DNA of 64,000 bases from Eremomyces bilateralis CBS 781.70 (lineage: Eukaryota): assembly GCA_010015585.1 (NCBI GenBank), contig ML975160.1; one strand, written 5' to 3'. The notes beneath the pieces were generated by a model that made no database searches, was not told the DNA's origin, and saw only the letters and a program-made list of their open reading frames with translations. The position numbers and the translations under genes are program-made. Each line of letters begins with the position of its first letter. Positions within the stretch are counted from its first letter, which is position 1. Below are positions 14,206 to 24,953 of the stretch, in pieces.

Positions 14206-14428
14206 CTGCAAATCGCCGTTAGCGTGAACTGCGGAAACGTCGATGATTTCGAGGCTCGCATGAATGGGATTGGCGTGGTGCATGGAAAACCGACTTCAGC
14301 GTCGATCTGGATCTTGCATCGATGGTGCCATGGTGCAAGCGGCGGGTAACGCAGAAGAAAGGGCCTGCAGCGGGACGTTGCAGCAGCACAACCAGGAAGA
14401 GGACGAACAAGGAATTGGTGGTACGTAC
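14206..14428 (-). other. Predicted 3'-UTR intron of the microprotein gene
   Basis: Donor GTACGT at 14428; branch GCTAAC followed by GGCGATTTGCAG acceptor ending at 14206. Donor lies 49 nt after the stop at 14478. Confidence 0.6.
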
Positions 14429-14477
14429 CGACTGTCGATCTCGAACGATTTTGGCTGGGGGATCGAAGAGCAACAGC

Positions 14478-14648
14478 TCATGCCTTTACAGAACATGGTC
14501 GGCAAGCTTTGAATTTGCATTTGGTGCATTCCCAAATGTACCAATGTGGTCCAGAGTGACACAAGTTGCAATTCCAGAGGACGATGGTCGTGTCGGATTT
14601 GATCATAACGAATTCATGCGAGCAACTTGCAGAATGGGCAACCGCCAT
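14478..14648 (-). CDS. 56-aa Cys/His-rich microprotein, stand-alone C1/ZZ-like zinc finger (absent from the ORF track)
   Basis: MAVAHSASCSHEFVMIKSDTTIVLWNCNLCHSGPHWYIWECTKCKFKACRPCSVKA*. Pattern CxH..CxxC..H..CxxC-x4-CxxC; strong start context (ATCATGG); upstream TATA box and long AUG-free leader. Confidence 0.8.
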   Translation of the reverse strand: MAVAHSASCSHEFVMIKSDTTIVLWNCNLCHSGPHWYIWECTKCKFKACRPCSVKA

Positions 14649-14775
14649 GATGCCGTGGGATGGATTGGTTTGAGGTATGAGAATTAAGGGGCAGGAAATC
14701 GTCCTCTGCAGAATGATTTGGATGTTTGCTTTCCTGGATAGAAAACTCCGGAAAGCAGGCCTCGCAACTCGTCAT
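14614..14775 (-). other. Overlapping out-of-frame uORF (53 aa) in the microprotein leader
   Basis: First AUG of the predicted transcript, weak context (TTCATGA). Encodes MTSCEACF...HHGGCPFCKLLA* and overlaps the first 35 nt of the main ORF. Confidence 0.5.
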
Positions 14776-14837
14776 GAAATTCCAATTGTTTGATAGAGAG
14801 CCGCGTTGACGCAAATGACGAGGGGTTGGCGAAATAC

Positions 14838-14906
14838 CTGGAATGGCAACCAACTTCAGTTCAACGAACGTATAACAAAGTGATATATATTAAAATAGAG
14901 ACTGAC
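14838..14906 (-). other. Predicted 5'-UTR intron of the microprotein gene
   Basis: AAG|GTCAGT donor at 14906, AT-rich body, CCATTCCAG acceptor ending at 14838 (69 nt). Branch point imperfect. Confidence 0.5.
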
Positions 14907-15624
14907 CTTCACAACTGCGTGCACCAACACTTCGGTCGTCTTCTCTCCGCTCCTAGCACAAGTGCTGGACAATTGGTTGAACTAATCAAAAGAAAATTCA
15001 CCGGATCCCGCCTCAAGAAACGTGCGTGGCTCGATGTCGATCGAGGCGGTCGAGGAGCCGTTCCACTGGGGGAGGAAAGCTGGAAAGGCCCAAAAAACAA
15101 TGCGAGAACTGAAGCCACAGAAAAGGACTGCGAGTCAGCACCACAGCTGCAAGGTCTCAGTCGCAAGGACGGGATTTAATAGCCAACGAATAGGATCGCG
15201 ACCGTTTCTCTCTATCACCAATTGTCCCTTGACAAGGCTAGTGGAGACCGGGAGTAGTGAGGAGCAGAGGGCTGAACGATTCAAGCACGACACTTGAATG
15301 GGTGAGGGCGGTTCGTGCCAACAGCAAAAGAAATGACAGCTGCACAACTGCACAGCGGATTTATTTGGGGAATTGGATCAAATGTCGTTGGCGTGTGCCG
15401 CGCTGCTTTAAATCTTCTTTTCTAATAGAACGGAACCCAAATGGACCGGTCTGAACTGTAATGGAAGTTTGACTTGGATGCGAGGAGGCCTGGAGGCTGA
15501 TTGGTCCACAGCAAATTCCCTGAGAATGGACTGGGTAGAGGTCGATGAGGAGAAGATGGCGGACGACGAGGTCAGTCAAAACTCGGTTTGATCGAGATTG
15601 GAGAAAGAGGACATTGGTATGGAG

Positions 15625-15633
15625 CTTTATATA
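15625..15633 (-). promoter_or_regulatory. TATA box of the microprotein gene
   Basis: TATATAAAG on the minus strand, followed by a CT-rich initiation-like tract. Confidence 0.6.
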
Positions 15634-18600
15634 TCAGACCTTCCCTATACCTCAGCCCTCCGTACGTCGGTGGCCCAGGTCGATCGAAGGACAACCGTAG
15701 GTATGAAACTGTATTCGTCCAAGGCCTCCATTTGGATCATCAAAGACCGGATCCCCGAAACGCCACGATGGCATCGGGTTGACACAAACCGAGCCTCCCC
15801 CATCCTCCGGTCTTCCAGAAGGGGTTCTTCCATCTCTCCCCGGCCCGTCTTTCTATGCAGAGTGCCAGTCTAACAAAGAACATCCGTCTGTGCCGTTGAG
15901 GGTACAGATAGAGGGGTGAGAAAGCAGAAAGAGGTTAATCATCACCCTGTCGGGGTGGTGCGTGCGCGGATGTAGGCGACAGGACTCAGGACTGTCAGGT
16001 TTCTAGAAAGAAAGTGCTAACTGCTAAGTCAAACGGGAATGTGTGGATGACAGGGCGTTGACAGATCCGGAAAACCGTCCCACTTCACAGCCCAGACCAG
16101 GGCCGAAGCTTGGGTGGTCATACATTTAATACTGAGTACGGTACCTTAACGGCATGAACCCTGCTCCAATCTCCTTGTAAAGGGGGCCATCCTGGAAGGA
16201 GGTCAGTCTGGGGTCAGGACAGGAGTCCACGGCCAAAGCAGATCAGAATAAACAGGAACTGTCGTTTACGGAAGAAGACGGCTATCGAGAATGATTCAAG
16301 TGAAGTTGAGGCAGTCGGTCGAACAACCAGGGGTTGGCTGATGGCTCAGAGACAAAATGTCCCATCAGCCGCTGCATTGGGTTGCAGACTTGCAGGCTTG
16401 CAGCTCCAGCTTCCAAGTCGTTGATCCTTGTCGAAATCGTGCATTCGTTAAGATCTATGGTTACGTTCCTTGTCTTCGACGAGCCGTCAAGCGCCGTCCC
16501 CATGTTGTCAGTCATCAGTCTTGCTGTCAACTCTAGTCAATCCCTAACAAAGGCAAAATGTTCGATTTCCACCGGTAGGCGTCCTTTTCATCCGATACCT
16601 CCTCGCTGATGATGTTGGTGTGACAACAGCTTCGCTTCAGTCCAAGATGGAGGACGATCAAAAAGGAGAGAATCGTGTAGTGGACGAGTTTAGTGGGCCG
16701 TCAAGGATTGACCCTCAAGAGTCAAGACTTCTTTGACAATACCTGCATGACAGCATCCCATTCCCATTCTGCTTCCTTTTGCTGCTCTCGTGCAGTGGGA
16801 ATCCTGCTCGTGTTCTCCCCGCTGTAGGCCAATCGGGAGCTTCGGGGAAATGATATAAGAATACCAAGTACCTTGTGTTGGGTATCTCGAGTTCACACCG
16901 CCCGTTCGATACGACGGATCAGGCGCCGAATCAAGAAATGCCCTGAGTGTAAAGGAGTGAGGATGGGCTGATCCGATGGGACGGTGGCGTTCAACGGCTC
17001 CAACCAGAATGGCCGAATCGCTAGCCAACTCGCCATTCGGGAACACCACTAACCCGGTAGTGTGGAACATGGAAAAGGGCTTGAAGAAGCATAACTGCTA
17101 ATACGAGATATAAATTTACAGGCGCATAATTTGGCGATGAATCGCCGTCTGGTGGATGTGTAAGTTGATATCCTCAGGTGGCTTAGGCCCCAATCTCACA
17201 TCATCACCAGACCTCATCACATCAATTGACTTCAACGACGACCAAGGCTCAAACAGTCAAGCTAAAAGTACTCCATGTCACAGGAAAATTTGCCCGTCTC
17301 ATCGACACTGTACGTGATCGCGTTGAATTCTGTTCCATCAACTTCGGGTTTCGGCAAGCATCCGCTAAATAAACTGTGTTAACTTTTAACTCTACCCCTT
17401 CTCAACACTGTTTCACCCTCAGTCCCTCACTTTCTGATCCTCGATTGTAATAGCGAGGAATCTCACACTCTCTGAATCTCCGATATCTTACCGTATGGTA
17501 TTTTGTCCCGCTCTCCAATCACATTTAAATCCTGGATGGCGGAGACTTGAATGGCTCTAGGCATCGAGAAGAGCTCGGATCTCGCTACCCCGGCCCGTGT
17601 GGCTGGTGGTTGTGCTCTACATGCAGCGACATGCAGAAGCCGCTGAAAATGTGGGCTTGCCGGCTCATTATCAAGCAGCACAGATTCATTATGCACTCGG
17701 GGCTTTGCCGCTTTGGAGTCGTCAGCAGGGCGCGGTTCCTACCCGTGAGACATCGGTGGATTGGGTGGCTACTGCGCTTGCAAAGGACCCAATGTTTGCA
17801 ATCAGGGAAAGATCGGAGCCTCACGGTCAATCGGATATTGCAGAGAAATCAAGACCTCTTGAGAGCAAGTATTGTACTCCTTCAACCGCAAAGTACGACG
17901 TATATCATGATCGTTACTAAACAATTTAGCATGCGCGGTTCCGATTAAGTACTCACTCTATCTCTATATGGTTCAAGATGGACGTTGTACGACGAATGCA
18001 TTCGCTACACAATCCTAGAGTCACCTAACCGATCCAACGTGTCCTGTCTTCGAACACACCACTGCTCAAACCCTGTGCAGATCGTTTCTCATCAGTCACT
18101 GGGCCAAAATCCGTTTTGTCACTATCAGGGATGATTCAAGCTAGGTGAATCGTTTCTTGCCATTTTGCCAAATGCTCGACCCACGATCGTCGACCACTAT
18201 CAGCAAGCCAAATGACGGTTGTAAGCGAAAAGCAGGCAAGACATTGACCATTGGAGACTGGAGCAGATATGCTTGGTAGCAGCAAAGCTATCATTTCGTA
18301 TGGGATGAGATCAGCTGCCCATGGCCCTTTTTCGTTCCGATATCGTCGGGAATCTGGGGAGGGCGTTTCCACATGAAGTGTCCAACATATGCCATCCCTG
18401 CCACTTCTTCTTAAAGGAGCTAATATTTGGTCAAGAAGCGGAGATGCTTCCTTTGTCAGTCGTACCGTGAAGAAATTGACTCACCTCGATCACTAGAATC
18501 CGGCGAACATCCTCAATATGTGGACAGTTATCACGCCCCCTTCTACGACCCTGGAATGCGGAAGTTACCGTTAGTATTTGGTCCGCAAGAGCATAGTATA

Positions 18601-19964
18601 TCTGATCTAATATCACCCGCTGGGATCAACCTCACCATATTCAGACAGGAGAGATGCGAGGTAGGATCGAGGCGTGTTTAACCACCGCCATTGAAGTCGT
18701 ACAACGATTCACTTTTTTTTTTTCAGGCGCAGCTCGAAAACTAAGACATGATATCGGCCACTCAAGCCCCTCTCCGGATACAAGGTCTTGAGTTTCGGAT
18801 TGATCTACAGTGCGTCGGTACATTCCTCCATTGGAGCATCGGAGAGGCATCTGATGTCCCTTCGTGCTGTTTTATGCAATCTGAGACTGTTACGGCGTTC
18901 TGAAACGTACTGCTCGGCCCCCACACACTTTGAACTTACACTGAAGAGTATGTAGATCAACTACGGTTAACAAGATCTTCAATTAAGAGCAGCGATTGGC
19001 ATAGTCTAAGGCGCCCCAGAGGGAAGCAGCGTATGCATCTGGACGAAGATTGCTCGCTGAATACCAACAGTGTGACAATGTGTCGTTTTTCTTGTCATGT
19101 GTTATTTCGAGGGTGTTTGAAGTCGTTTATTCCCTGTCCAGTCTTGTTATATTCGGTTCTCCAGGGGAAACTCAAATCATTCGCAAACTATGAGCCTTCC
19201 GTCACAGTGAGCTCCATTTGCCCCACCTCGATTTTCTTCTCGTCAAACATATCACCAAGGAGAATTTCATCTCAACTGTTCAACACGCTGCTTCGAATCC
19301 AGGTCAACCCTTGTCCGAACCCCGCCACAGTTACACAGCATGGTCGATTCAGGCGGTCCACAAATGCCAGATCCATGCGGCGACGACTTGTCACATCGTT
19401 GTACGGTGAGACGTCGGCAACCGGCAGCGAGACGCTGTGTGCGCCGAATCTGCAGTAATTTCCCGGTTCGCGGTTGAGTGGCGTGGGACGGAACGGTACG
19501 GCGCAGGATGGACATGCAGAAGGACGACCTGGTGCAATCGACTAGGGCACGGCGCTGGTAAGGTGATATGTCATTAATCATTATGCTATCATTGGACTTC
19601 GGTGCGATCCGAAGAATCTGAACTGAGGTAGGACCGGCATCTATGTCGGATGCGATTGGGGTCGGCAGATATTTGGAGCCTCGATCCCTCTATCTATCCG
19701 TGCTGGACGACGCAACCCAACGAATCGACAGACTCTCGGCATTCTCATCTTTTCTGCCCATATACAGGCACTCAAGTTCTGCCACTGTCATTTCTCCGTC
19801 CCGCGGGATTCCCTAAGATCTGCTCTGATCTTGTCATTTCTTAGACTGGCATCCTCAGAGAACGTCCGACATCAAGCCAGCACAGCCGTCCACCAAAGTT
19901 CCCGGCTAGCCTAGCTCTCTCATCTCATGGTCCATTCCGACCCAATATCCACGGCCTCCACTTT

Positions 19965-20288
19965 TCATTGAGCCCCAGGAGCCGTACGGCTGTACGACCT
20001 CCGATGCCTAGAGATCCCGTCGCCCTCTACGCGGAGTGTCCCCACCTCAGACATATCGCAGGTGGCGGGTGTATCGCAGGTTGTGCCGGCACTATGGTAG
20101 CTCGATTTGCATTTGGAGCACTGTTTGGTGAACGTTTTGGAGAAAAATGACGTGATGATGGGTCCCAGGACGGAGACGATGTAGACGGTGGGGAGAGGGA
20201 GGGGGAGGGAAGTTCGTCGATGTAAGGGACGGTTTGGGTTTATAGGCGCATAGGGAGCCGATGTCTGAGATGAGGGATTGGAGTACAT
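19965..20288 (-). CDS. Hypothetical 107-aa protein with a hydrophobic segment and a four-Cys cluster
   Basis: MYSNPSSQ...PTVYIVSVLGPIITSFFSKTFTKQCSKCKSSYHSAGTTCDTPATC...; candidate 5'-UTR intron (GTAAGT at 20474 to CAG at 20405). Confidence 0.5.
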   Translation of the reverse strand: MYSNPSSQTSAPYAPINPNRPLHRRTSLPLPLPTVYIVSVLGPIITSFFSKTFTKQCSKCKSSYHSAGTTCDTPATCDMSEVGTLRVEGDGISRHRRSYSRTAPGAQ

Positions 20289-20336
20289 TTCTGGAAATTT
20301 TGATGGAAGCTTATGTGAGGTAATATTGATAGGAGG

Positions 20337-20395
20337 ATTGAGATTTAGATGACTGAGATTTGGATGGTTGAGATCTGGATGATTGGGATTCGATA
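20337..20395. repeat. Degenerate 15-bp tandem repeat, about 4 units
   Basis: gattgagatttagat / gactgagatttggat / ggttgagatctggat / gattgggattcgat. Confidence 0.7.
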
Positions 20396-21623
20396 TCAAG
20401 GAGTCTGATGCGCTTTGTTCGGGTTTGATAATGTTTATCGATCATCATACAAATGCCTTCACTCTTATACTTACCTCGAAGGTCAATCACCACTCCCTAT
20501 TTCTAGTTTGACGTCCGAGTTCGTCCATCAAAGGTTCGGCATCATGTTTGTTAGCCTATCCTCCCCCGACGCCAAGATTCCTCTCGCGGTTCTTTCCCGA
20601 TGGAGCTCAAAATGCAAAATACATATATGCCGGCACATCAATGTAGATGGCAGTACATCGTCTCAAAGATTCCTCTCGCGATGCTTTCCCAAAGGAGGTC
20701 AGACTTGCCAACGCGCCTCGAAGCCGGCGTATCAGAGCTCCCGCTAGAGGGAGAAATATGCACAAAAATAGCTTTTGGTAGGGGATGGACCCTGGAAGCG
20801 GTAGAGTAGCTTAGGCTATTCCACATCCTGCCGGGCGTAGTCCGGACGGCCCCCAAATTCGATGCATGGATTTTTGAGAAGCGCGCTTCGAAAATCGAGA
20901 TGCATTGAGACGCAGGATATATGTGAGGTGATTCCGTTTCGTTTTACCATCTAAGCGAGATGCTCAATGACGATCCAAATTCTAATTTCTATTGTTAGCA
21001 AATCGCAACACTTGGACTCACGCTTGGAGCTGCTTGATGTTGTGTTGCAAATGCTGTTTTAGCCCTTCACTTTCAGCCTTGTTGATCATGACGCTACGGA
21101 CTGTATGGGGCGCAGCCAACACCGTAATTCTGGCCCCTTCTGACCTCCACACTACAACACTGCGTTCTGCGAGGCAGAATGCTGGGCGAACACTGTTAGG
21201 AAGAAATGAGGCTCCTTTTCATGAGGCTCAGCATGTTGATTGGGCCGCGGAGGCGCAATTCACAAGCGCGAGGTGGCGTAGATGTCTCGATCAAGCAGTA
21301 TGTCGCGCTCGTTTCGTGAGGATGACTGATTACCATTGACCGTATAAGAAACGACCAGGTCATTGGTAAGCTGGCAACACGGGGAATATGATAGATAAGG
21401 AGTTTCTGCCCATCTGAACATACAGAAGAAGGGATATTACCTTAAGTTTATACTCCTCGATGCGACAATTGCTTTGCATCCCTCAGTCTCTACCATTGTC
21501 GACAATATTCATCCGCGGTCTCTAGAGTATACGACAATTACAACTTCCCGTCTACGAGATCCAACAAGCATCACGAACATCACCTATCGAGTCCCTCCTT
21601 TCCCTCGACGATCGACAACCACA

Positions 21624-22328
21624 ATGCAACAGCTCCCCCCCTTCCAAACCATCTACATCTCCACCTCCCCCTTCGACATCCACGTCTCCCGCCCGCGCCC
21701 CCTCCTCCTCACCTTCCCCCAACCCCAATATCCCTACGCCCCGCCGCGCCCACCCCCCCCCGTCTTCTCCACCTCCTACCCCTCCTACGGCCGTCCCTTC
21801 TCCAGCAAACCCACCGTCGCCATCCACCGCGGCGACCCTTCCGGCCCCGTCATCGGCACCGGGCACGCACCTACCCTGGGATCTACATGGAGCATCGCCT
21901 TCTTCGGCCTCGGCGGCGAGGGGAAGATGAGCTCGGAGATGTTCGCGCAGAGCTACACGGCGTTTCTACCGGCGGCGCCGCCGTCGGTGGGAGGAGGCCT
22001 GGGGTGTTTGACGTGGAAGCGCACGAAGCAGCAGGGGAAGGGGATGAAGTGCGTGGACGAGGGGGGGAACGTGGTGGCGTGGTTTACGAAAGCGCGGGGG
22101 ACCTTGTGGCGGCCGAAGGAGGAGATGGGGACGCTGGAGGTGCGGAATGGGTTGAGTGCGGCGGTGTTTGAGGCGATGGTGATCTCGTGGATCGTGGTTG
22201 GGGAGAAGATGCGGAGGGAGAAGAAGGGGCGGGAGGCGGGGTTCGANNNNNNNNNNNNNNNNNNNNNNNNNNNNNNNNNNNNNNNNGGAGGTGGAGGTGG
22301 AGGTGGAGGTGGAGGTGGAGGGGAGTGA
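21624..22328 (+). CDS. Hypothetical protein, DUF6593/tubby-C-like, with Gly-rich tail interrupted by an assembly gap
   Basis: SSKPTVAIHRG..GPVIG, LTWKRTK, MKCVDEGGNVVAWF, GTLEV..AMVISWIVVGEKMRR. Ns at 22247-22286 precede (GGAGGT)n, so the C-terminal frame is uncertain. Confidence 0.7.
   Translation: MQQLPPFQTIYISTSPFDIHVSRPRPLLLTFPQPQYPYAPPRPPPPVFSTSYPSYGRPFSSKPTVAIHRGDPSGPVIGTGHAPTLGSTWSIAFFGLGGEGKMSSEMFAQSYTAFLPAAPPSVGGGLGCLTWKRTKQQGKGMKCVDEGGNVVAWFTKARGTLWRPKEEMGTLEVRNGLSAAVFEAMVISWIVVGEKMRREKKGREAGFXXXXXXXXXXXXXXGGGGGGGGGGGGE
22247..22286. other. Assembly gap (40 N) next to a (GGAGGT)n microsatellite
   Basis: Run of n in the sequence. Confidence 0.99.
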
Positions 22329-23406
22329 GGAGGATGAATGGATGGTGGACCGCGGATGGTCTGCGAGTTTATTGAGGAGAATTTCCAGGGCGGAAATGAT
22401 GGATACATAGATTGTGGGCTGACCGGCTGAGCGCACATGGATTGAGCCCGGGGAGTTGACGTCGAGGGCGCACAGGAGCGTCAGAGTTTGGGTTTGCTTC
22501 AGGTTGATTGTTATGAGCTATGATCTGTGTCAATATCAGCTGTATGATACGAATCCACTTCAGCGAGACTGGACGGGTGCTTCCGCCCTGCACATCAATG
22601 CGGAATGTGATGCAAATACTGTTGAGCATCAAGCGGGGATGCCCTCTCTTGTCTTGGTATTGTTGTTGGATAGTGGAACCCTTTCACAAGACAAGCTCCG
22701 TTCATTTGAGGAAAGAAGGGAACGCAAGGGTCGATCACCGTGTCTTCTGGCGATGTCGGAAACATGTGAACGTGAGGATTTTCGACCGCGCGACATCAGA
22801 CAACAAGACTGCTGCAGCTAGAGCCGCGTCAGGCCACTCGAACCTCCACCGAAGCTGTCTGGACCAGTCGGCGGAGGTGATGCGTAACCCCTTCGCTAGC
22901 TATGTACCCCGCGAAGCTCCATCGTGGAGAGCTCTACACTAGAACCTGTCATCAAGGCGCGCTCCTCGTCAATCCCGGGCCTTCTCATTTCGGGATCCGG
23001 CAAGTCGGGGATTCAAATGAAGGATCACGCAGCGGAGCGAAGGACGGCATGGCCAAGTCACTGGAAATTAGCAATGTCCGCCTTCTAATCCCCCGACGGC
23101 GGCAGAAGCATCGTATTGCATAGATCACTACCCCTCCACGACCGGGGTACGACGATATGTGAAGCGTCATAAGGCCCCTTAGCCCTCATGTAACGCACTG
23201 AGGAGGGGTAGCCTAGGTTCCGAGCGGTAGCGGAGGGAACGGAACACAACTAACGCGGGGAGATGAGACGTGAGGAGGAGTATAAATACCGCGATAGATG
23301 CTCCTCAGGGTAGAGATTCGACTGCAAGAAGAGTTCAATTCAAACTGTATATAAAAGCATCAACCCAACGAAAGCGCCCAATCAACCTACCATACCATCA
23401 CTCACC

Positions 23407-23779
23407 ATGGCAATTGAAGTCGTCGCTATCCTTACCCCTCTCCCGGGCAAGAAGCAGGAGGTTCGTAACCCGATCATTCCACAGTGAATGTCGTGTCTGA
23501 CTTCGACGGATCCAGGTCATCGACGGGCTCAAGGTCCTCGCCGACGCGGTCCAAGCCAACGAGCCCAATTGCGAACGCTATCAACTCTCCGAGGTGGCCG
23601 GGGAGGACGAGCTCGTCTTCATCGAGAAGTACGCCTCCGAAGCCGATTACGAGACCCACCGAAACTCGGAGCATTACAAGGCAGCCATGGCGGAGGCCGC
23701 GAAGCAGAGCGCGCTCGCTGGCGCACCGAAGATCAGCGTCCTGAAGCCGACCGGCACGGGGTTCAACCGCAAGGATTAG
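23407..23779 (+). CDS. Antibiotic biosynthesis monooxygenase (ABM, dimeric alpha+beta barrel) family protein, about 105 aa
   Basis: Exons 23407-23460 and 23516-23779: MAIEVVAILTPLPGKKQE|VIDGLKVLADAVQANEPNCERYQL..LVFIEKYASEADYETHRNSEHYK. TATA-like TATATAAAAG near 23348. Confidence 0.85.
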
Positions 23780-24953
23780 AGGGTGGTTTCGGCCCGTCGA
23801 CTTGAATCGGGAGGACTTTCTTCGATTCATGGCCAGAAAAGCGGATGATATATAGTATATTAAACACGACTGGATATGAAAATTGAAAAGTTTGATCAGC
23901 CAGCAAATAAAACGGGATCTCTGAAACGTGATAATGTACAGGCCTGAGGTACGGAGTCCACTTCGTCGTTTTGCAGTCCTCATCTCCGATTTTCCTCATT
24001 TCAGGTCCACCCACAAGGATCAGTTTGGGTACCAACGAATACGTGTCCGAGTTTCACGAGGACCACTGTTCTTGATCACAATCGCCTCCTTGTATCGACC
24101 GAAGAAAGAAACGGAGGGAAAGGCTGATGGAGAGTCCAATTGCGTATTGGTAATTGGTGTATATATGGTAGGAGGGAGTTCTCCTGAAAACATACCGACT
24201 GGTCTTGTGAACGTCCGTGCCAACAACCTTCAGCAGCATCAAAACAGAAAATTCAGCGTTCTGTATCACAGATTACACCACGATTGGAGATCGCGCACAG
24301 CCTCCCTCAAACGGTCTAACCACAAAAGATGGTGATCTGCCCAATTGCAGGCGATTTATTGCGTGTCAAGCAGTGGATAAACTGGATATAGAGTTATAGA
24401 CCCATTCTTTGCATGTCCAATGCAGTAGCGCTGCCGCGTGTACGTGCTTCCCGCCGAACCCTGGGCAGTCTGTAATTACGCTTCAGAGCCTTAAGCCTAG
24501 ACTCTTATGTTTTATCATGATCGACGAAGTTTCAAACACCTAAAATTCATCGAATTTCTACCTCCAAAGCCGCTTGGGTTGGGACTGGTTGTGTCGTGGG
24601 GAATGTTGTGATTGATAATTACTGGGAGAAAAATATATTCTCGTCCATTCGCTTTGCTGGAAGTCTGGAACGGCTGGAAAAACTTCCATTGGAGGCTCCA
24701 AACCAACGACAGAGTGACGTTTGTAGCTCGACCTGGAAACTCCTTCCATTCTCCCTTATCCCCTGCCTTCAGTGCCTTGCCATTGGGTCAACAATTCGAT
24801 TTCTCCTCGATTCTACCGCCCATTTTCGAGGTGCATGCACTTGCTGGTGCGCAATCGCATGGATCTGGCTGTTTCCAAGACGCGGACTCGAAGATATTGA
24901 GGCTGTCGTTCGTTTTCCGCAAACCAGGACTTGACTCTCCCGACCTCCCTTAG

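Noticed and set aside
13893..14496. Spliced ORF of about 127 aa (MFCKGMSCC...|ALEPPKRY...) made using the 14428-14206 intron
   Set aside because: Its AUG lies inside the 56-aa ORF, downstream of several other AUGs, and the product lacks recognisable features. Better explained as 3' UTR.
16538..16550. CCCTAAC as a telomerase RNA template candidate
   Set aside because: Only 7 nt, lacks the roughly 1.5-repeat template, and no supporting structure seen.
19285..19305. TTCGAATCC resembling a tRNA T-loop
   Set aside because: No proper T-stem, acceptor stem or A-box.
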